Shown here in pieces: positions 1-9,442 of a stretch of 64,000 bases of DNA. The position numbers and the translations under genes are program-made. Where the stretch lies: positions 1,546 through 65,545 of the IMG/VR virus record IMGVR_UViG_3300036798_000278; one strand, written 5' to 3'. The stretch comes from a virus. Taxonomy: Duplodnaviria; Caudoviricetes. The notes under the pieces were generated by a model. It made no database searches and was not told the DNA's origin. It saw only the letters and a list, made by a program, of their open reading frames with translations. Each line of letters begins with the position of its first letter. Within the stretch, counting starts at the first letter, position 1.

Positions 1-534
1 CAGCGCTGGCCGCGAGAGTATGAGGCATTCAAGCGGGGCGAAGAAGCGCCCATCGAGGGTACGCCTCTTGAGGAATGGCCGGCCGTTAATAAGGCGAACG
101 TCAAGGAACTGAAATACCTCGAAATCCACACAATCGAAGATCTCGCGACCTTGAGCGATCTTGGGACGCAGCGCGGGACGGGCCTGATGGGCCTGCGCAC
201 AATGGCGCGGGCATATCTTGACGACGCCAATAAGATGGCATTGACGCAGGAGTTAACTAAGGAAAACGATACGCTGAAGTCGCAGGTCGCCGCGCTCGAA
301 AATCAGGTGAAAGAGCTCGGCGATATCACTACGCGGCTACATGCCCAAATGATGGGGTTGCAGAACGCTCCGAACGCCGTCGCCAGTGCAATTCCAGGGC
401 TTGCCGATCCGTTGCAAGCCGCAGCGCAGCATTCCGTGCGGGAAGCGCCGGAATCGTCTCTGGCGCGCTTTGCCGAGCGACGCGCCAGACGCCAACAGCA
501 ACGGGAACAGGGGCAGGAAAACACGGAGGCATAG
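1..534 (+). CDS. Conserved podovirus hypothetical protein, 5'-truncated by the window edge
   Basis: Frame 1 is open from base 1 (QRWPREYEAFKRGEEAPIEGTPLEEWP...KELKYLEIHTIEDLATLSD) into ORF 151..534; C-terminal coiled coil. Confidence 0.7.
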   Translation, partial: QRWPREYEAFKRGEEAPIEGTPLEEWPAVNKANVKELKYLEIHTIEDLATLSDLGTQRGTGLMGLRTMARAYLDDANKMALTQELTKENDTLKSQVAALENQVKELGDITTRLHAQMMGLQNAPNAVASAIPGLADPLQAAAQHSVREAPESSLARFAERRARRQQQREQGQENTEA

Positions 535-536
535 GT

Positions 537-752
537 GTGGCAAAACTCTCGACTAAGGCTCGTAAAGCGCTTCCAAAAGGCGAATTCGCGGGGCCGGATC
601 GTTCGTATCCGGTTCCTGACCGATCTCACGCGGCAAACGCCAAGGCCAGAGCATCGCAAGCTGAGAACGCCGGACGGATCTCCAAAGCCGTAGAGGAGCG
701 GATCGACGCCAAGGCCAATCGCGTCCTCGGACGCGGCAAAAAGGGCAAATAG
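537..752 (+). CDS. Small basic conserved phage protein
   Basis: 71 aa, [39 protein letters not shown]; GGAGG RBS upstream. Confidence 0.75.
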   Translation: MAKLSTKARKALPKGEFAGPDRSYPVPDRSHAANAKARASQAENAGRISKAVEERIDAKANRVLGRGKKGK

Positions 753-753
753 C

Positions 754-900
754 ATGCCGTTGAAGAAAGGCAAAAGCAAAGCCGCATTCTCGCAGAACAT
801 CAAAACCGAGATCGCGGCTGGGAAGCCGCAGAAACAAGCTGTGGCAATAGCCTATAGCGTCGCCGGCAAGGGCAAGAAGGCGCCCAGCAAGCGCAAATGA
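754..900 (+). CDS. Small basic conserved phage protein (48 aa, not in the ORF track)
   Basis: Translated by hand: [48 protein letters not shown]; ATGA overlap with the next gene. Confidence 0.75.
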   Translation: MPLKKGKSKAAFSQNIKTEIAAGKPQKQAVAIAYSVAGKGKKAPSKRK

Positions 901-1922
901 CCAATAACCTACTGCAGATATGTCAAAATGCGGCAAACGATGCGGGAGTGACTATACCGGCAGCGATCATTAACAATTTTGATCCGGCCGCCGCTCGTCT
1001 ATTGCAGATGGCACGCCGCGAAGCGCGCGGCTTGGCGGAGCGGGTCAACTGGACGGCCCTGACCGTCGAAAACGTCTTTATCGCGAACGGCACTTCCGAT
1101 TATCTGTTGCCGCCTGACTATCGGTCGATCGTGAATGATACGCTGTGGGACCGCTCGCGCTTCTGGCGTATGCGCGGCGCGCTGTCGCCGCAGCAATGGC
1201 AGATGTACAAGTCCAGCGTCATCGGCCGGGCCTCAATTGAGCGCCGCTGGCGTATCCGCCTGCCGGCCGGCGATCCGGGCGGCGCGGCAGTACAGTTCGA
1301 GATCGACCCGCCGATCACCGGCGATGTCACGTCAACCTTCGTCTACGAGTATGTTTCGAAGAATTGGTGTGCCTCCACGACGCTCAAGCAGGCAGCCAAT
1401 GCCGCGCTGGTTACCGGAGGAACAAACTATGCGGTCGGGGATACAATAACATTAGCGGGCGGCACATCGACGGCGCCAGCCATTCTGACCGTGATCCATG
1501 CGCCGGGCGGGATAATCAGTTCAAACGCGCCGGGCACACCCATTACCCCCGTCGAGGTCACGACGCCGGGGAATTACACTGCCGTTCCGGCCAATCCGGT
1601 GAGCCAGCTTTCGACGAGCGGTTCCGGCTCCGGCGCGACCTTCACGATGATGTGGGGGAATCTGACGCAGCCGGATTGGACGGCGGATACCGATGTGCCG
1701 CTGCTCGATGACGATGTGATCGAGCTTGGCATAATCTGGCGGCTCCTGCGGCGTTTGGGGTTGGCGTATGACGAGGAAAAGGATGAGTACGACCGCCGTG
1801 CGGATCTACTGATTGCTCGGGATGGCGGGACGGCTACACTGGATCTCGCGCCGGTTGATCGGTATGCGCTTATCGGTCCCTACAACCTGCCGGAAACCGG
1901 CTTCGGACCCGTCACGCCCTAA
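897..1922 (+). CDS. Head-to-tail adaptor (tail tubular A / P22 gp4-like) with an inserted beta-rich domain
   Basis: N-terminal LLQICQNAA...[12 protein letters not shown] and C-terminal [24 protein letters not shown] adaptor-type motifs; upstream of the nozzle. Confidence 0.7.
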   Translation: MTNNLLQICQNAANDAGVTIPAAIINNFDPAAARLLQMARREARGLAERVNWTALTVENVFIANGTSDYLLPPDYRSIVNDTLWDRSRFWRMRGALSPQQWQMYKSSVIGRASIERRWRIRLPAGDPGGAAVQFEIDPPITGDVTSTFVYEYVSKNWCASTTLKQAANAALVTGGTNYAVGDTITLAGGTSTAPAILTVIHAPGGIISSNAPGTPITPVEVTTPGNYTAVPANPVSQLSTSGSGSGATFTMMWGNLTQPDWTADTDVPLLDDDVIELGIIWRLLRRLGLAYDEEKDEYDRRADLLIARDGGTATLDLAPVDRYALIGPYNLPETGFGPVTP

Positions 1923-2192
1923 ATGGAAAGCCTGGCTTCGATCCTTGCGGGCGGCGGCGCGAACCCATATCAGCACCCGACGCAAGGAATAAGCCCATTG
2001 CTGAGCCAATTATTGCTTGCTCAGCAAATGGCGCCGGGACAGCTCGGGCAAGGGCAGCCGCAGCCGGGAGGCGTCATCCCTGGCCTCGCCGCCGCACCAC
2101 AAGCGCAGGGCCTCGGCGGCATGGGAGCGGCCGCGCAAATGCCGCAAGGCGTGCCTGGAGCTGCGGCATTGCCGTTCTTGCTGGGCGGGTAG
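1923..2192 (+). CDS. Gln/Gly/Pro-rich small hypothetical protein
   Basis: 89 aa ORF directly after the adaptor stop codon. Confidence 0.5.
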   Translation: MESLASILAGGGANPYQHPTQGISPLLSQLLLAQQMAPGQLGQGQPQPGGVIPGLAAAPQAQGLGGMGAAAQMPQGVPGAAALPFLLGG

Positions 2193-2214
2193 CTGAGATC
2201 ACCGGCGGCCAGCC

Positions 2215-3225
2215 GTGACCGTCGTTTTTCTGACTTCGGGCACGACATGGACGGTGCCCGCCGATTGGAACGATGCCGCCAACACGATCGAGTGTATCGG
2301 CGGCGGGGGTGCCGGCAGAACTCCGGCTGCTGGATTTGATGAGGTTACCACTGGCGGCGGCGGCGGCGGGTACAGTAAGGTCGCGAACGTATCAGCCGCT
2401 ACGCTGGGCGGTCGCGGCGCTATTGTGGCGCTTGCTATTGGCGCTGGAGGCACTCCCGGAAACGCCGGCGGTGCGACCTGGTTTAACGGCACTGGCTCTG
2501 GCGCGGGGCTGTCGACGGTATCTGCCACGGGCGGCGCCGTTGGGGCGGAAGGGCTGCCTAACAGCGGCCCGATCGCCGGTGGTTCCGGCGGCGCAGGGGT
2601 TAACGGCACAACCACATTCACCGGCGGCACCGGCGGCGGTGTGCCAAGCGGCATCGCCGATGACGGCACGGGCGGCGGCGGCGGGGGCGGCGGCGGTGCA
2701 GCTGGTCCTAACGGCAATGGTTCTGCGGGCGGTCCGCTTAACTCCGCTGGGCGGAATTGCAGCGGCGGCGGCGGAGGAAACGGCGGGGGGAGCTCAACAG
2801 CCGGCTCAGCGCCGGCTAATCCGGTTGGCGGCGCTGGAGGCACTGCGCAGGATGGTACAGCGGGCGGCGCGGGAGGCGCCAGTGGAGGCGGAACCGGAAG
2901 CGCAGGTTCGCATGGTTCTGGCGGCGGCGGCGGTGGGACCAGCGGCTCGTCGGGCGGCGGCGGGGTTGGCGGCAACGGTATTGAGTGGGACGCCTCGCAC
3001 GGCTCAGGCGGCGGCGGCGGCGGAGCTGCGGGCTACGTGCCGCTGACGGCTCACCCTGCGGGCGGCGGCGGCAGTTACGGCGGCGGCGGCGGGGGCGGCG
3101 GCGCGTCCACCGACGGCACCAGTACGGGCGGCAGCGGCGCGCAAGGCATCATCGTCATTACCTATACTTCGACGGCGCGGCTCTACAACCCTTGGCCGCA
3201 GTGGGCGCCGCTTCTGGCAACGTAA
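2215..3225 (+). CDS. Glycine-rich domain virion accessory protein
   Basis: VFLTSGTTWTVPADW...IECIGGGG...GGSGAQGIIVITY pattern typical of phage glycine-rich domains. Confidence 0.75.
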   Translation: MTVVFLTSGTTWTVPADWNDAANTIECIGGGGAGRTPAAGFDEVTTGGGGGGYSKVANVSAATLGGRGAIVALAIGAGGTPGNAGGATWFNGTGSGAGLSTVSATGGAVGAEGLPNSGPIAGGSGGAGVNGTTTFTGGTGGGVPSGIADDGTGGGGGGGGGAAGPNGNGSAGGPLNSAGRNCSGGGGGNGGGSSTAGSAPANPVGGAGGTAQDGTAGGAGGASGGGTGSAGSHGSGGGGGGTSGSSGGGGVGGNGIEWDASHGSGGGGGGAAGYVPLTAHPAGGGGSYGGGGGGGGASTDGTSTGGSGAQGIIVITYTSTARLYNPWPQWAPLLAT

Positions 3226-3536
3226 TGAGGCAAAGGTTCATGTTTCGTGACAGCGCGCTGCTCACCGGCACGGTCAACGGCGCTCGCTACGAGCGCGAAA
3301 ACCGCAGCGAGAATTACGTCGAGATCCCGCCGGCGCTGTTGATCACCGACGAGCGCGGCGGGATGTGGACGCTGGGAACCGAGTACGTAGTGCACAACGG
3401 GGAATTCGAGTTCAATGTGCTGCGCAACGACGTCGACACGGGCGAGACCGCCAAGCGGATCGTCTGCCGCCGCGGCAAGGTGGCGATTTTTGGCCAGAAC
3501 GGCTGGCGAATCTGGAACGGGAAGTCGTTTGTCTGA
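3225..3536 (+). CDS. Hypothetical protein (103 aa)
   Basis: ATG at 3225 overlaps the upstream TAA (TAATG); MRQRFMFRDSALL... Confidence 0.65.
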   Translation: MRQRFMFRDSALLTGTVNGARYERENRSENYVEIPPALLITDERGGMWTLGTEYVVHNGEFEFNVLRNDVDTGETAKRIVCRRGKVAIFGQNGWRIWNGKSFV

Positions 3537-3548
3537 GAGGAGCCTCTA

Positions 3549-4046
3549 ATGTCAAAAGAGTATACGGTCGGCGGCGACGGATTGACGCTCGTCAATGCGG
3601 TCGTAACGCTGGTCACGATCCATCCTGCGGCGACGGTGTCGCCGATGCTCAATATCCTGCGCATGTGGGCCTCGCAACAAGGTTCAGCGGTCAGCGCGCA
3701 GCAGCGTATCCAGGCGGTGACCCAGGTGACGGCTTTCCCGACGGTCACCTCTGCCACGCCGCAGAGCTTGAGGCGTTCCGACACCGTGGCGTCGATCATT
3801 GCCGGGGGCACCGCGGGTGCGGCCGGGACTAGCGGCATCAACGCCACGGTCGAGGGGGCCGGCGCCAAGACGGTCATGTTCGGCGATAATTTCAATGTGC
3901 TGAACGGCTATCTTTGGGTTGCGACGCCGCGCGAGGTTATCGAGCTGGTGTACGGCGACGCCAGCACTTTCAGCCTCTATTTGCCGGCGGCAGCCGCCAC
4001 GCTGGGCAATTGGGCGGTCGGGCTGAACTTCGGCCAGGGCTCATAA
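3549..4046 (+). CDS. Putative beta-sandwich virion accessory protein
   Basis: 165 aa, GAGGAG RBS, beta-rich composition, structural region. Confidence 0.65.
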   Translation: MSKEYTVGGDGLTLVNAVVTLVTIHPAATVSPMLNILRMWASQQGSAVSAQQRIQAVTQVTAFPTVTSATPQSLRRSDTVASIIAGGTAGAAGTSGINATVEGAGAKTVMFGDNFNVLNGYLWVATPREVIELVYGDASTFSLYLPAAAATLGNWAVGLNFGQGS

Positions 4047-4066
4047 GCCCATTTCTCGCCTAAATA

Positions 4067-5710
4067 ATGGGGCTGTATTACCAACCGCCGCCGCCGCACA
4101 TAGGCGCGGCGCAGCCCCTCACACCGAAGAAACTAACCCCGCCCAGCGGGCCGCTGCCGAGCAATCCGGTATTTGGCCGGCCCTCGCTCGCCGCGACACT
4201 CGTTGCGGCGTGGAGCGTCGCTGCGGTTCCGTTGCCGCAGCAAAGCCCACGCGCCGCGGCGATTGTACCGGCGCCGATCGCGCAACGCCTGGGGCCGTCG
4301 CCGCCGCAGCCTTATGTGTGGGCGCAAGCCGACTGGCCGCAGCCGCCGCGCCGATTCCTCACACAATCGGGTCCGGCACCAACAAACCCGCCGATAAACG
4401 GCGGCGCGGCTGTCCCGCAAGCGGTTCTGGCGGCGTGGATTCCGCCGCCGCCGCTGCCGATTGTCGTGGACAATATCAGTCCGCCGATCACGGGTCCGGT
4501 ACCGCAGGCGCCTCCCGTCCGGGTGCAATCGGTACCAACCGAAGTCCTGATCGGCTGGATACCGCCGCCGCCCTCTCCGATCGTCGCGGTCAACCTCGAT
4601 CCGCCGATCGCCGGACCGGCGCCGCAGAACCCGCCCTTCATGGGCGGCGCCGAAATACCGCCGGGCTTGCTGGTCTCGTGGATACCGGGGCCGCCGTCGC
4701 CGATTGTTGCGGTCAATCTCAGTCCGCCGATCAGTGGGCCGACGACGCCGCAGGCGCCTCCGCCGCGCTCGCAGACGACGCCGCTGGAAGTGCTGATTGG
4801 ATGGCAACAAGCCCCGCCGCCGCTGCCTCTGCCGCCGTTGATCGCGGCGACCGCGACCTTCCAGGCGCCGCCCTTTCAGCCGGCGCCGAACGGATGGAAT
4901 GCCGTCGCCGCCGTGGTATGGGCGAAGACCGATTGGCCGCTCCCGACACAAGCTCCAAGGCTAACCGCCTCGGGGCCGCTGCCGCAACCGCCGCCGGTCC
5001 GGATACAGTCGGTACTGACCGAGATCCTGATCGGCTGGCTGTCGCCGGCGCAAGCGCCGGTCATCGCCGGATCGCGCGTGCCGTTCGGCGTTGCGCCGCC
5101 GGCCTTTCTGGCGCGCACACGACCCGGCGCGGCGGAGATCCTGATATCATGGACGCCGGTCACTTGGTCGCAACCAGGGCCGCGAAAACTTACCGCATCG
5201 GGTCCGGCGCCCACAGCGCCTCCGGGTCGAATCTGGTCCGTACCGCGCGAAGTACTGATCGGTTGGCTGCCGGCCCCGCCGCAACCTGCGCTCCCGTGGA
5301 AAGTTACCGCATCCGGGGCGCCGACGACGGCTCGTTGGGGGGGGAATGTCTGGTGGATAACGGCTTCGGGAAATCCTGGGGATAGGGCATGGGTATCCAT
5401 CGGGATCGGGCCAAACCCGGCTTACCAAGCCCGGCTAAGATCATTGTATCTCGTTCTCTCGGGAAGCGCTGCCGGATCCGCGACAATGGTTGTGAGAGAC
5501 GGCCCAACCGGGACAGGCGCGGTGATATTCGAGGCTGATCTCTACACCGCAGCTAACAGCTGGGATTTTCTCGATTTCAACGAGGTCGATCTGCGCGCGT
5601 CTGTCGGGAATGTGCTGACGGTCGAGTTTGTCGCCGGGACGCCTGGGGACGTCCAGGAAATCAATGCCGGAGGTGATTACGTGGCTCCCGGCACATTGTA
5701 TGGCGTGTAA
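4067..5710 (+). CDS. Proline-rich repeat protein with a C-terminal globular domain
   Basis: 547 aa; recurring (L/I)(I/V)(G/A/S)W..PP and LT.SGP.P..PP units; the last ~120 aa are paralogous to the next gene. Confidence 0.75.
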   Translation: MGLYYQPPPPHIGAAQPLTPKKLTPPSGPLPSNPVFGRPSLAATLVAAWSVAAVPLPQQSPRAAAIVPAPIAQRLGPSPPQPYVWAQADWPQPPRRFLTQSGPAPTNPPINGGAAVPQAVLAAWIPPPPLPIVVDNISPPITGPVPQAPPVRVQSVPTEVLIGWIPPPPSPIVAVNLDPPIAGPAPQNPPFMGGAEIPPGLLVSWIPGPPSPIVAVNLSPPISGPTTPQAPPPRSQTTPLEVLIGWQQAPPPLPLPPLIAATATFQAPPFQPAPNGWNAVAAVVWAKTDWPLPTQAPRLTASGPLPQPPPVRIQSVLTEILIGWLSPAQAPVIAGSRVPFGVAPPAFLARTRPGAAEILISWTPVTWSQPGPRKLTASGPAPTAPPGRIWSVPREVLIGWLPAPPQPALPWKVTASGAPTTARWGGNVWWITASGNPGDRAWVSIGIGPNPAYQARLRSLYLVLSGSAAGSATMVVRDGPTGTGAVIFEADLYTAANSWDFLDFNEVDLRASVGNVLTVEFVAGTPGDVQEINAGGDYVAPGTLYGV

Positions 5711-6087
5711 TGTGGCAAGTGACGATCCGGGGCACGGCCGGCACGGCGGCTACGATATCGGTTCCGGGAGGTCCAAACCTCACCTATCAGACGAGACTTC
5801 GCGCGCTCTACTGTACTTTGGACGGCCCGGCGGCGGGAAGCGGTACGGTGGTCGTGCGGGACGGCGCAACAGGGGTCGGAACGGTCATTTTTCATTCCAC
5901 CCTCAGTCTGCCGGGGGGCGGGATCGACGTTCTCAATCGCACCGACATCGATCTCCGCGCAACGGCAGGGAACAGCTTGACGATAGAATTTCTTGCCGGG
6001 ACGGCAAGCGACTTCCAATCCGTCAACGCTCAAGGAGATTATGCCCCGCCTGGAACGCCCTACGGCGCGACTCTAACGGGTGAGTAA
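5710..6087 (+). CDS. Stand-alone paralogue of the C-terminal domain of 4067..5710
   Basis: YQTRLRALY..L.G.AAGSGTVVVRDG.TG.G.VIF...DLRA..GN.LT.EF.AGT...Q..NA.GDY..PGT.YG shared with the upstream protein; TAATG coupling. Confidence 0.75.
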   Translation: MWQVTIRGTAGTAATISVPGGPNLTYQTRLRALYCTLDGPAAGSGTVVVRDGATGVGTVIFHSTLSLPGGGIDVLNRTDIDLRATAGNSLTIEFLAGTASDFQSVNAQGDYAPPGTPYGATLTGE

Positions 6088-7608
6088 GTGAACCAGCAAG
6101 AGCGGCAAAGGGCGGCCCGCAGACGCTCAACGCCGCAGGAAGCATCTGCCCCGCTGCTCGGATGGAACACACGCGACCCGTTCGAGGCGATGGACCCGAA
6201 AGATGCTGTCGTGCTGGATAACTGGTTTCCCGACTTTGCCGGATTGACCAGCCGCAGCGGTACGCAAAATTTCGTGACTGGGCTCGGCGTTACGCCGGTG
6301 CAGTCGCTCGCCACCTATCGTGCCGGCAACAATACGTTTTTCCTGGCCGCCTGCGACGGGAAGATCTTCAATATATCGGGCGGATCGAGCAGTCTGCTGG
6401 GCAGCGGGTTTCAATCGGACATTTGGCAGACGTGCAACTTCAATCAGAAATTGTTCCTGGCCAACGGGGTCGACCCGGTTCAAATCTACGACGGCACGAC
6501 GCTCTCGGCGGCGGGTTTTACCGGGACCGCGATGAACACGCTGAGCGGGGTCGGGGGATTCAATAACCGGATGTATTTTTGGACCGGCAATGATCCGAGT
6601 TTCTGGTATGGGCCGGTCCAGGGCATAGCCGGAGTTCTCGCCAACTTTCCCCTTAGCATGGTGACGTCCTATGGCGGAAATCTAATCGCTGTCGAGGTGC
6701 TGTCTTACGACGGCGGAACAGGGATCGACGATTACACCTGTTTTTTCATGAGTTCCGGCGAAGTGCTGATGTATCAAGGCACCGACCCGTCAAATCCGAA
6801 CAATTGGGCATTGGTCGGCCGCTATCAGATTCCGGCGCCGGTGGCGCAGCGGGGCATCACGCGGTACGGCGGGGACGTCTATATTATTACGGAGAACGAC
6901 CACCAGCAGTTATCCAAACTATTTATCGCGCTGAAGCTGGGAGAAACGGCGCCCCGCACTAAGATTTCCGGAGCGGCCAAGCAAGCCTTTTTGATGGGTT
7001 CTTTCCTGCCCGGCTGGCAAGCACTCTATTATCCGCGCGGGACGCGGATGATTTACAATATACCCAATCCCGACGGCACCTTTTCGCAGCATATTTTCAA
7101 CACCAGCACTCAGGCATGGTGTCGGTTCCGCAGTAATAATGCCTACTGCTTCGGCATCTACAATGAAGCGCTTTATTTCGGGGCCGCAAAGGGCACCGTC
7201 CTGCAAGCCGATGTGGGAGTAAACGATAACGGTGCGCCAATTCTGACGCAGGGCCAGCAAGCATGGCAAACCTTCGGGACGCCGCTAAAAAAGCGCGTGG
7301 CGGCGTTACGCCCTATCGTGCAGAGCGCCGGGGTCGCGATGTTCAACCTTGGGCTCGGCTTTGATTATCAGGCATCGGGACTGCAGTTTCCCGGCGACAC
7401 GATCGGGCCGCTCAACGCACTGACATACGGAGCCAATAATTGGGGAGCGCCGCGGGTCTGGGGCAGCAGCGTAGGGATCACGGACCCGCGCTGGCACATA
7501 GGCGGCGGCGAAGGCGCTGCCGTCGGGATAAGCCTGGCGTCGAATGCTGCGGTGGGTACGACGTGGATACGCACGGACCTGTTGATCGAGCCCGGCAGCG
7601 CGCTATGA
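6088..7608 (+). CDS. Tail nozzle / packaged-DNA stabilization protein (P22 gp10-like)
   Basis: 506 aa, APLLGWNTRDPFEAMDPKDAVVLDNWFP N-terminus and beta-propeller-like repeats; synteny adaptor-nozzle-GNAT-ejection. Confidence 0.8.
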   Translation: MNQQERQRAARRRSTPQEASAPLLGWNTRDPFEAMDPKDAVVLDNWFPDFAGLTSRSGTQNFVTGLGVTPVQSLATYRAGNNTFFLAACDGKIFNISGGSSSLLGSGFQSDIWQTCNFNQKLFLANGVDPVQIYDGTTLSAAGFTGTAMNTLSGVGGFNNRMYFWTGNDPSFWYGPVQGIAGVLANFPLSMVTSYGGNLIAVEVLSYDGGTGIDDYTCFFMSSGEVLMYQGTDPSNPNNWALVGRYQIPAPVAQRGITRYGGDVYIITENDHQQLSKLFIALKLGETAPRTKISGAAKQAFLMGSFLPGWQALYYPRGTRMIYNIPNPDGTFSQHIFNTSTQAWCRFRSNNAYCFGIYNEALYFGAAKGTVLQADVGVNDNGAPILTQGQQAWQTFGTPLKKRVAALRPIVQSAGVAMFNLGLGFDYQASGLQFPGDTIGPLNALTYGANNWGAPRVWGSSVGITDPRWHIGGGEGAAVGISLASNAAVGTTWIRTDLLIEPGSAL

Positions 7609-8063
7609 ATGACGGCGAGCCGATTCGGCTACTCGTGCCCACTACTGGCGGCACAATGTCGTTGGTAGTGGGACTCAACAGATTCGTTAGCGGCTGGGTC
7701 GGAAGAAAGGTAGGAATTGATGATTTTGGCCCGTGCGTAGCGCTCGGGGTGGAGCGCGACCAAGAATTGGTGGCAGGCATCGTCTACAATAATTTACGAG
7801 AGGCAAATATCGAAGCAACAATCGCCAGCAGCACGCCGAAGTGGTGCACGCGCAGCGTCCTGCGCGCTATCTTTTGGTATCCGTTTGAGCAACTCGGCGT
7901 GGGTCGGCTGACCGCAATCACCGAGTTAGAGAACGATCACGTCAGGACGTTTCTTTCCCGCCTCGGCTTTCAGCAAGAGGGCATCATGCGCCGGGGATTT
8001 CGTACCGGGGCCGACGCCGCTGTCTACGGGATGCTCCGCGAGGAATGCCGATGGCTGGACTGA
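7605..8063 (+). CDS. GNAT-family acetyltransferase-like virion assembly protein
   Basis: IFWYPFEQLGVGRLTAIT...N...RTFLSRLGFQQEGIMR...YGMLREEC RimJ/RimL-type motifs; ATGA overlap with the nozzle. Confidence 0.8.
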   Translation: MNDGEPIRLLVPTTGGTMSLVVGLNRFVSGWVGRKVGIDDFGPCVALGVERDQELVAGIVYNNLREANIEATIASSTPKWCTRSVLRAIFWYPFEQLGVGRLTAITELENDHVRTFLSRLGFQQEGIMRRGFRTGADAAVYGMLREECRWLD

Positions 8064-8239
8064 CTGGGATGATTGTTGGGTTAATAATATTCTGGATCGG
8101 GACATGCTTTTGCATTCCTACCACTGGACTTAGCTATTTTGTCAATCCCAATGAGCCGGAATGGCGGTTTATCGTGGGTGTCTCGCTCATGGTTATTGGG
8201 GCTATCGCCGGGCTTGCGGCTCCTTTCTTTATAGAGTGA
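8045..8239 (+). CDS. Small two-TM membrane protein
   Basis: Two hydrophobic stretches; visibly lower GC than its neighbours. Confidence 0.5.
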   Translation: MPMAGLTGMIVGLIIFWIGTCFCIPTTGLSYFVNPNEPEWRFIVGVSLMVIGAIAGLAAPFFIE

Positions 8240-8240
8240 A

Positions 8241-9437
8241 ATGCTAGATAGGGCGCGCGGACATCATCGAGCGGGCGTTCGGTGGGCCGCTCCCTGGCTG
8301 CCGTCCGAGAGGCGCTTCAAATCAGGCGGCTCGTCAGCGCCGCCGGCAGTTAATCCGTTTGATCTAGCTAACGCTCAGGGACAAGCGAACAACGCGTCCG
8401 CGCAGTTTCAATCAACCCTAAACAATGTCGATACAGCATCGCCGCTCGGCACCAGCTACTTCACGCAGACGCCAAGCGGACAATGGAATTTGGCACAGAC
8501 GCTTACGCCGCCGGCTCAGGGCGTGCTTGGCGCGCAACAAAACTTGGCTACCCAGGGCGCGGTCGGGGCTACTCAGCAGATACCCTATAACGTGCAGGCT
8601 GGGGCGGCCGCCTCCCCCTTACTCGGTAACGTAGCAAATCTCGCCAATTCTTTACCAGGGGGGCCGCTCAACTTTAGCGGAGTAGCGCCACTCCAGACGA
8701 ATTTTGGCGATCAAGTCAGCCAAGCTCAAAATGCCGCGTACAATACGCAGGAAGGATACCTCAAACCACAGCAAGCCGAGCAGACGTCGGATTTCGCCCA
8801 GCAGATGGCGGATCAGGGCATTAATCAAGGCTCGGCGGCCTATGACCGCGCGCAAGGCGACCTTACACGGCAGCAGACATTTGCTAATCAGCAGGCCCAA
8901 AACTCGGCAGTGACTGCGGGGAACCAAGAACAGCAGGCTCTATTCGGGGAAAGCCTGCAGGGCCGTCAGGAAGGCGTAAACGAAGCGCTGCAGCAATACC
9001 AGTCTGTTCCTAATGCCATCGGCTCGCTTGCCGGGTCGGCTGGTGGGTTGCTCGGCACAGGCGCCAGCGATCTCGCCAACTTAGGGGGGCTCGGAAACTT
9101 CAATTGGGCAGGCGGAGTGCCGACATTTGGCAGCAGCCAGACCGCGGTGCAGCCGCCAAATGTCGTGGGCGCGGGTCAAGTCGCGGCGAATGCGAACAAC
9201 CAACGCTCCGTGCAGGGAATGGCGCTGAACAATCAGCTCGGCAGCGGCATCGGCTCCCTTGCTACCGGGCTGGGCGGCAGTCAGGCGCTATTCGGATCTC
9301 AGGGCTTGGGCGGATTACTTGGCATTAACCCGACTACAGGATTGCTAGGGGGACTGTTTGGCCCCGCTGCAGATACGCTAGGCGGCGGAGCGACGGCCGC
9401 GTCTGGTCTCCCATTGGGTCTCGCGGCGTTGGGATAG
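8241..9437 (+). CDS. DNA ejection/transfer (pilot) protein
   Basis: Gln/Ala/Gly-rich; FKSGGSSAPPAVNPFDLANAQGQAN...NNVDTASPLGT pattern; first gene after GNAT. Confidence 0.7.
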   Translation: MLDRARGHHRAGVRWAAPWLPSERRFKSGGSSAPPAVNPFDLANAQGQANNASAQFQSTLNNVDTASPLGTSYFTQTPSGQWNLAQTLTPPAQGVLGAQQNLATQGAVGATQQIPYNVQAGAAASPLLGNVANLANSLPGGPLNFSGVAPLQTNFGDQVSQAQNAAYNTQEGYLKPQQAEQTSDFAQQMADQGINQGSAAYDRAQGDLTRQQTFANQQAQNSAVTAGNQEQQALFGESLQGRQEGVNEALQQYQSVPNAIGSLAGSAGGLLGTGASDLANLGGLGNFNWAGGVPTFGSSQTAVQPPNVVGAGQVAANANNQRSVQGMALNNQLGSGIGSLATGLGGSQALFGSQGLGGLLGINPTTGLLGGLFGPAADTLGGGATAASGLPLGLAALG

Positions 9438-9442
9438 CATAG

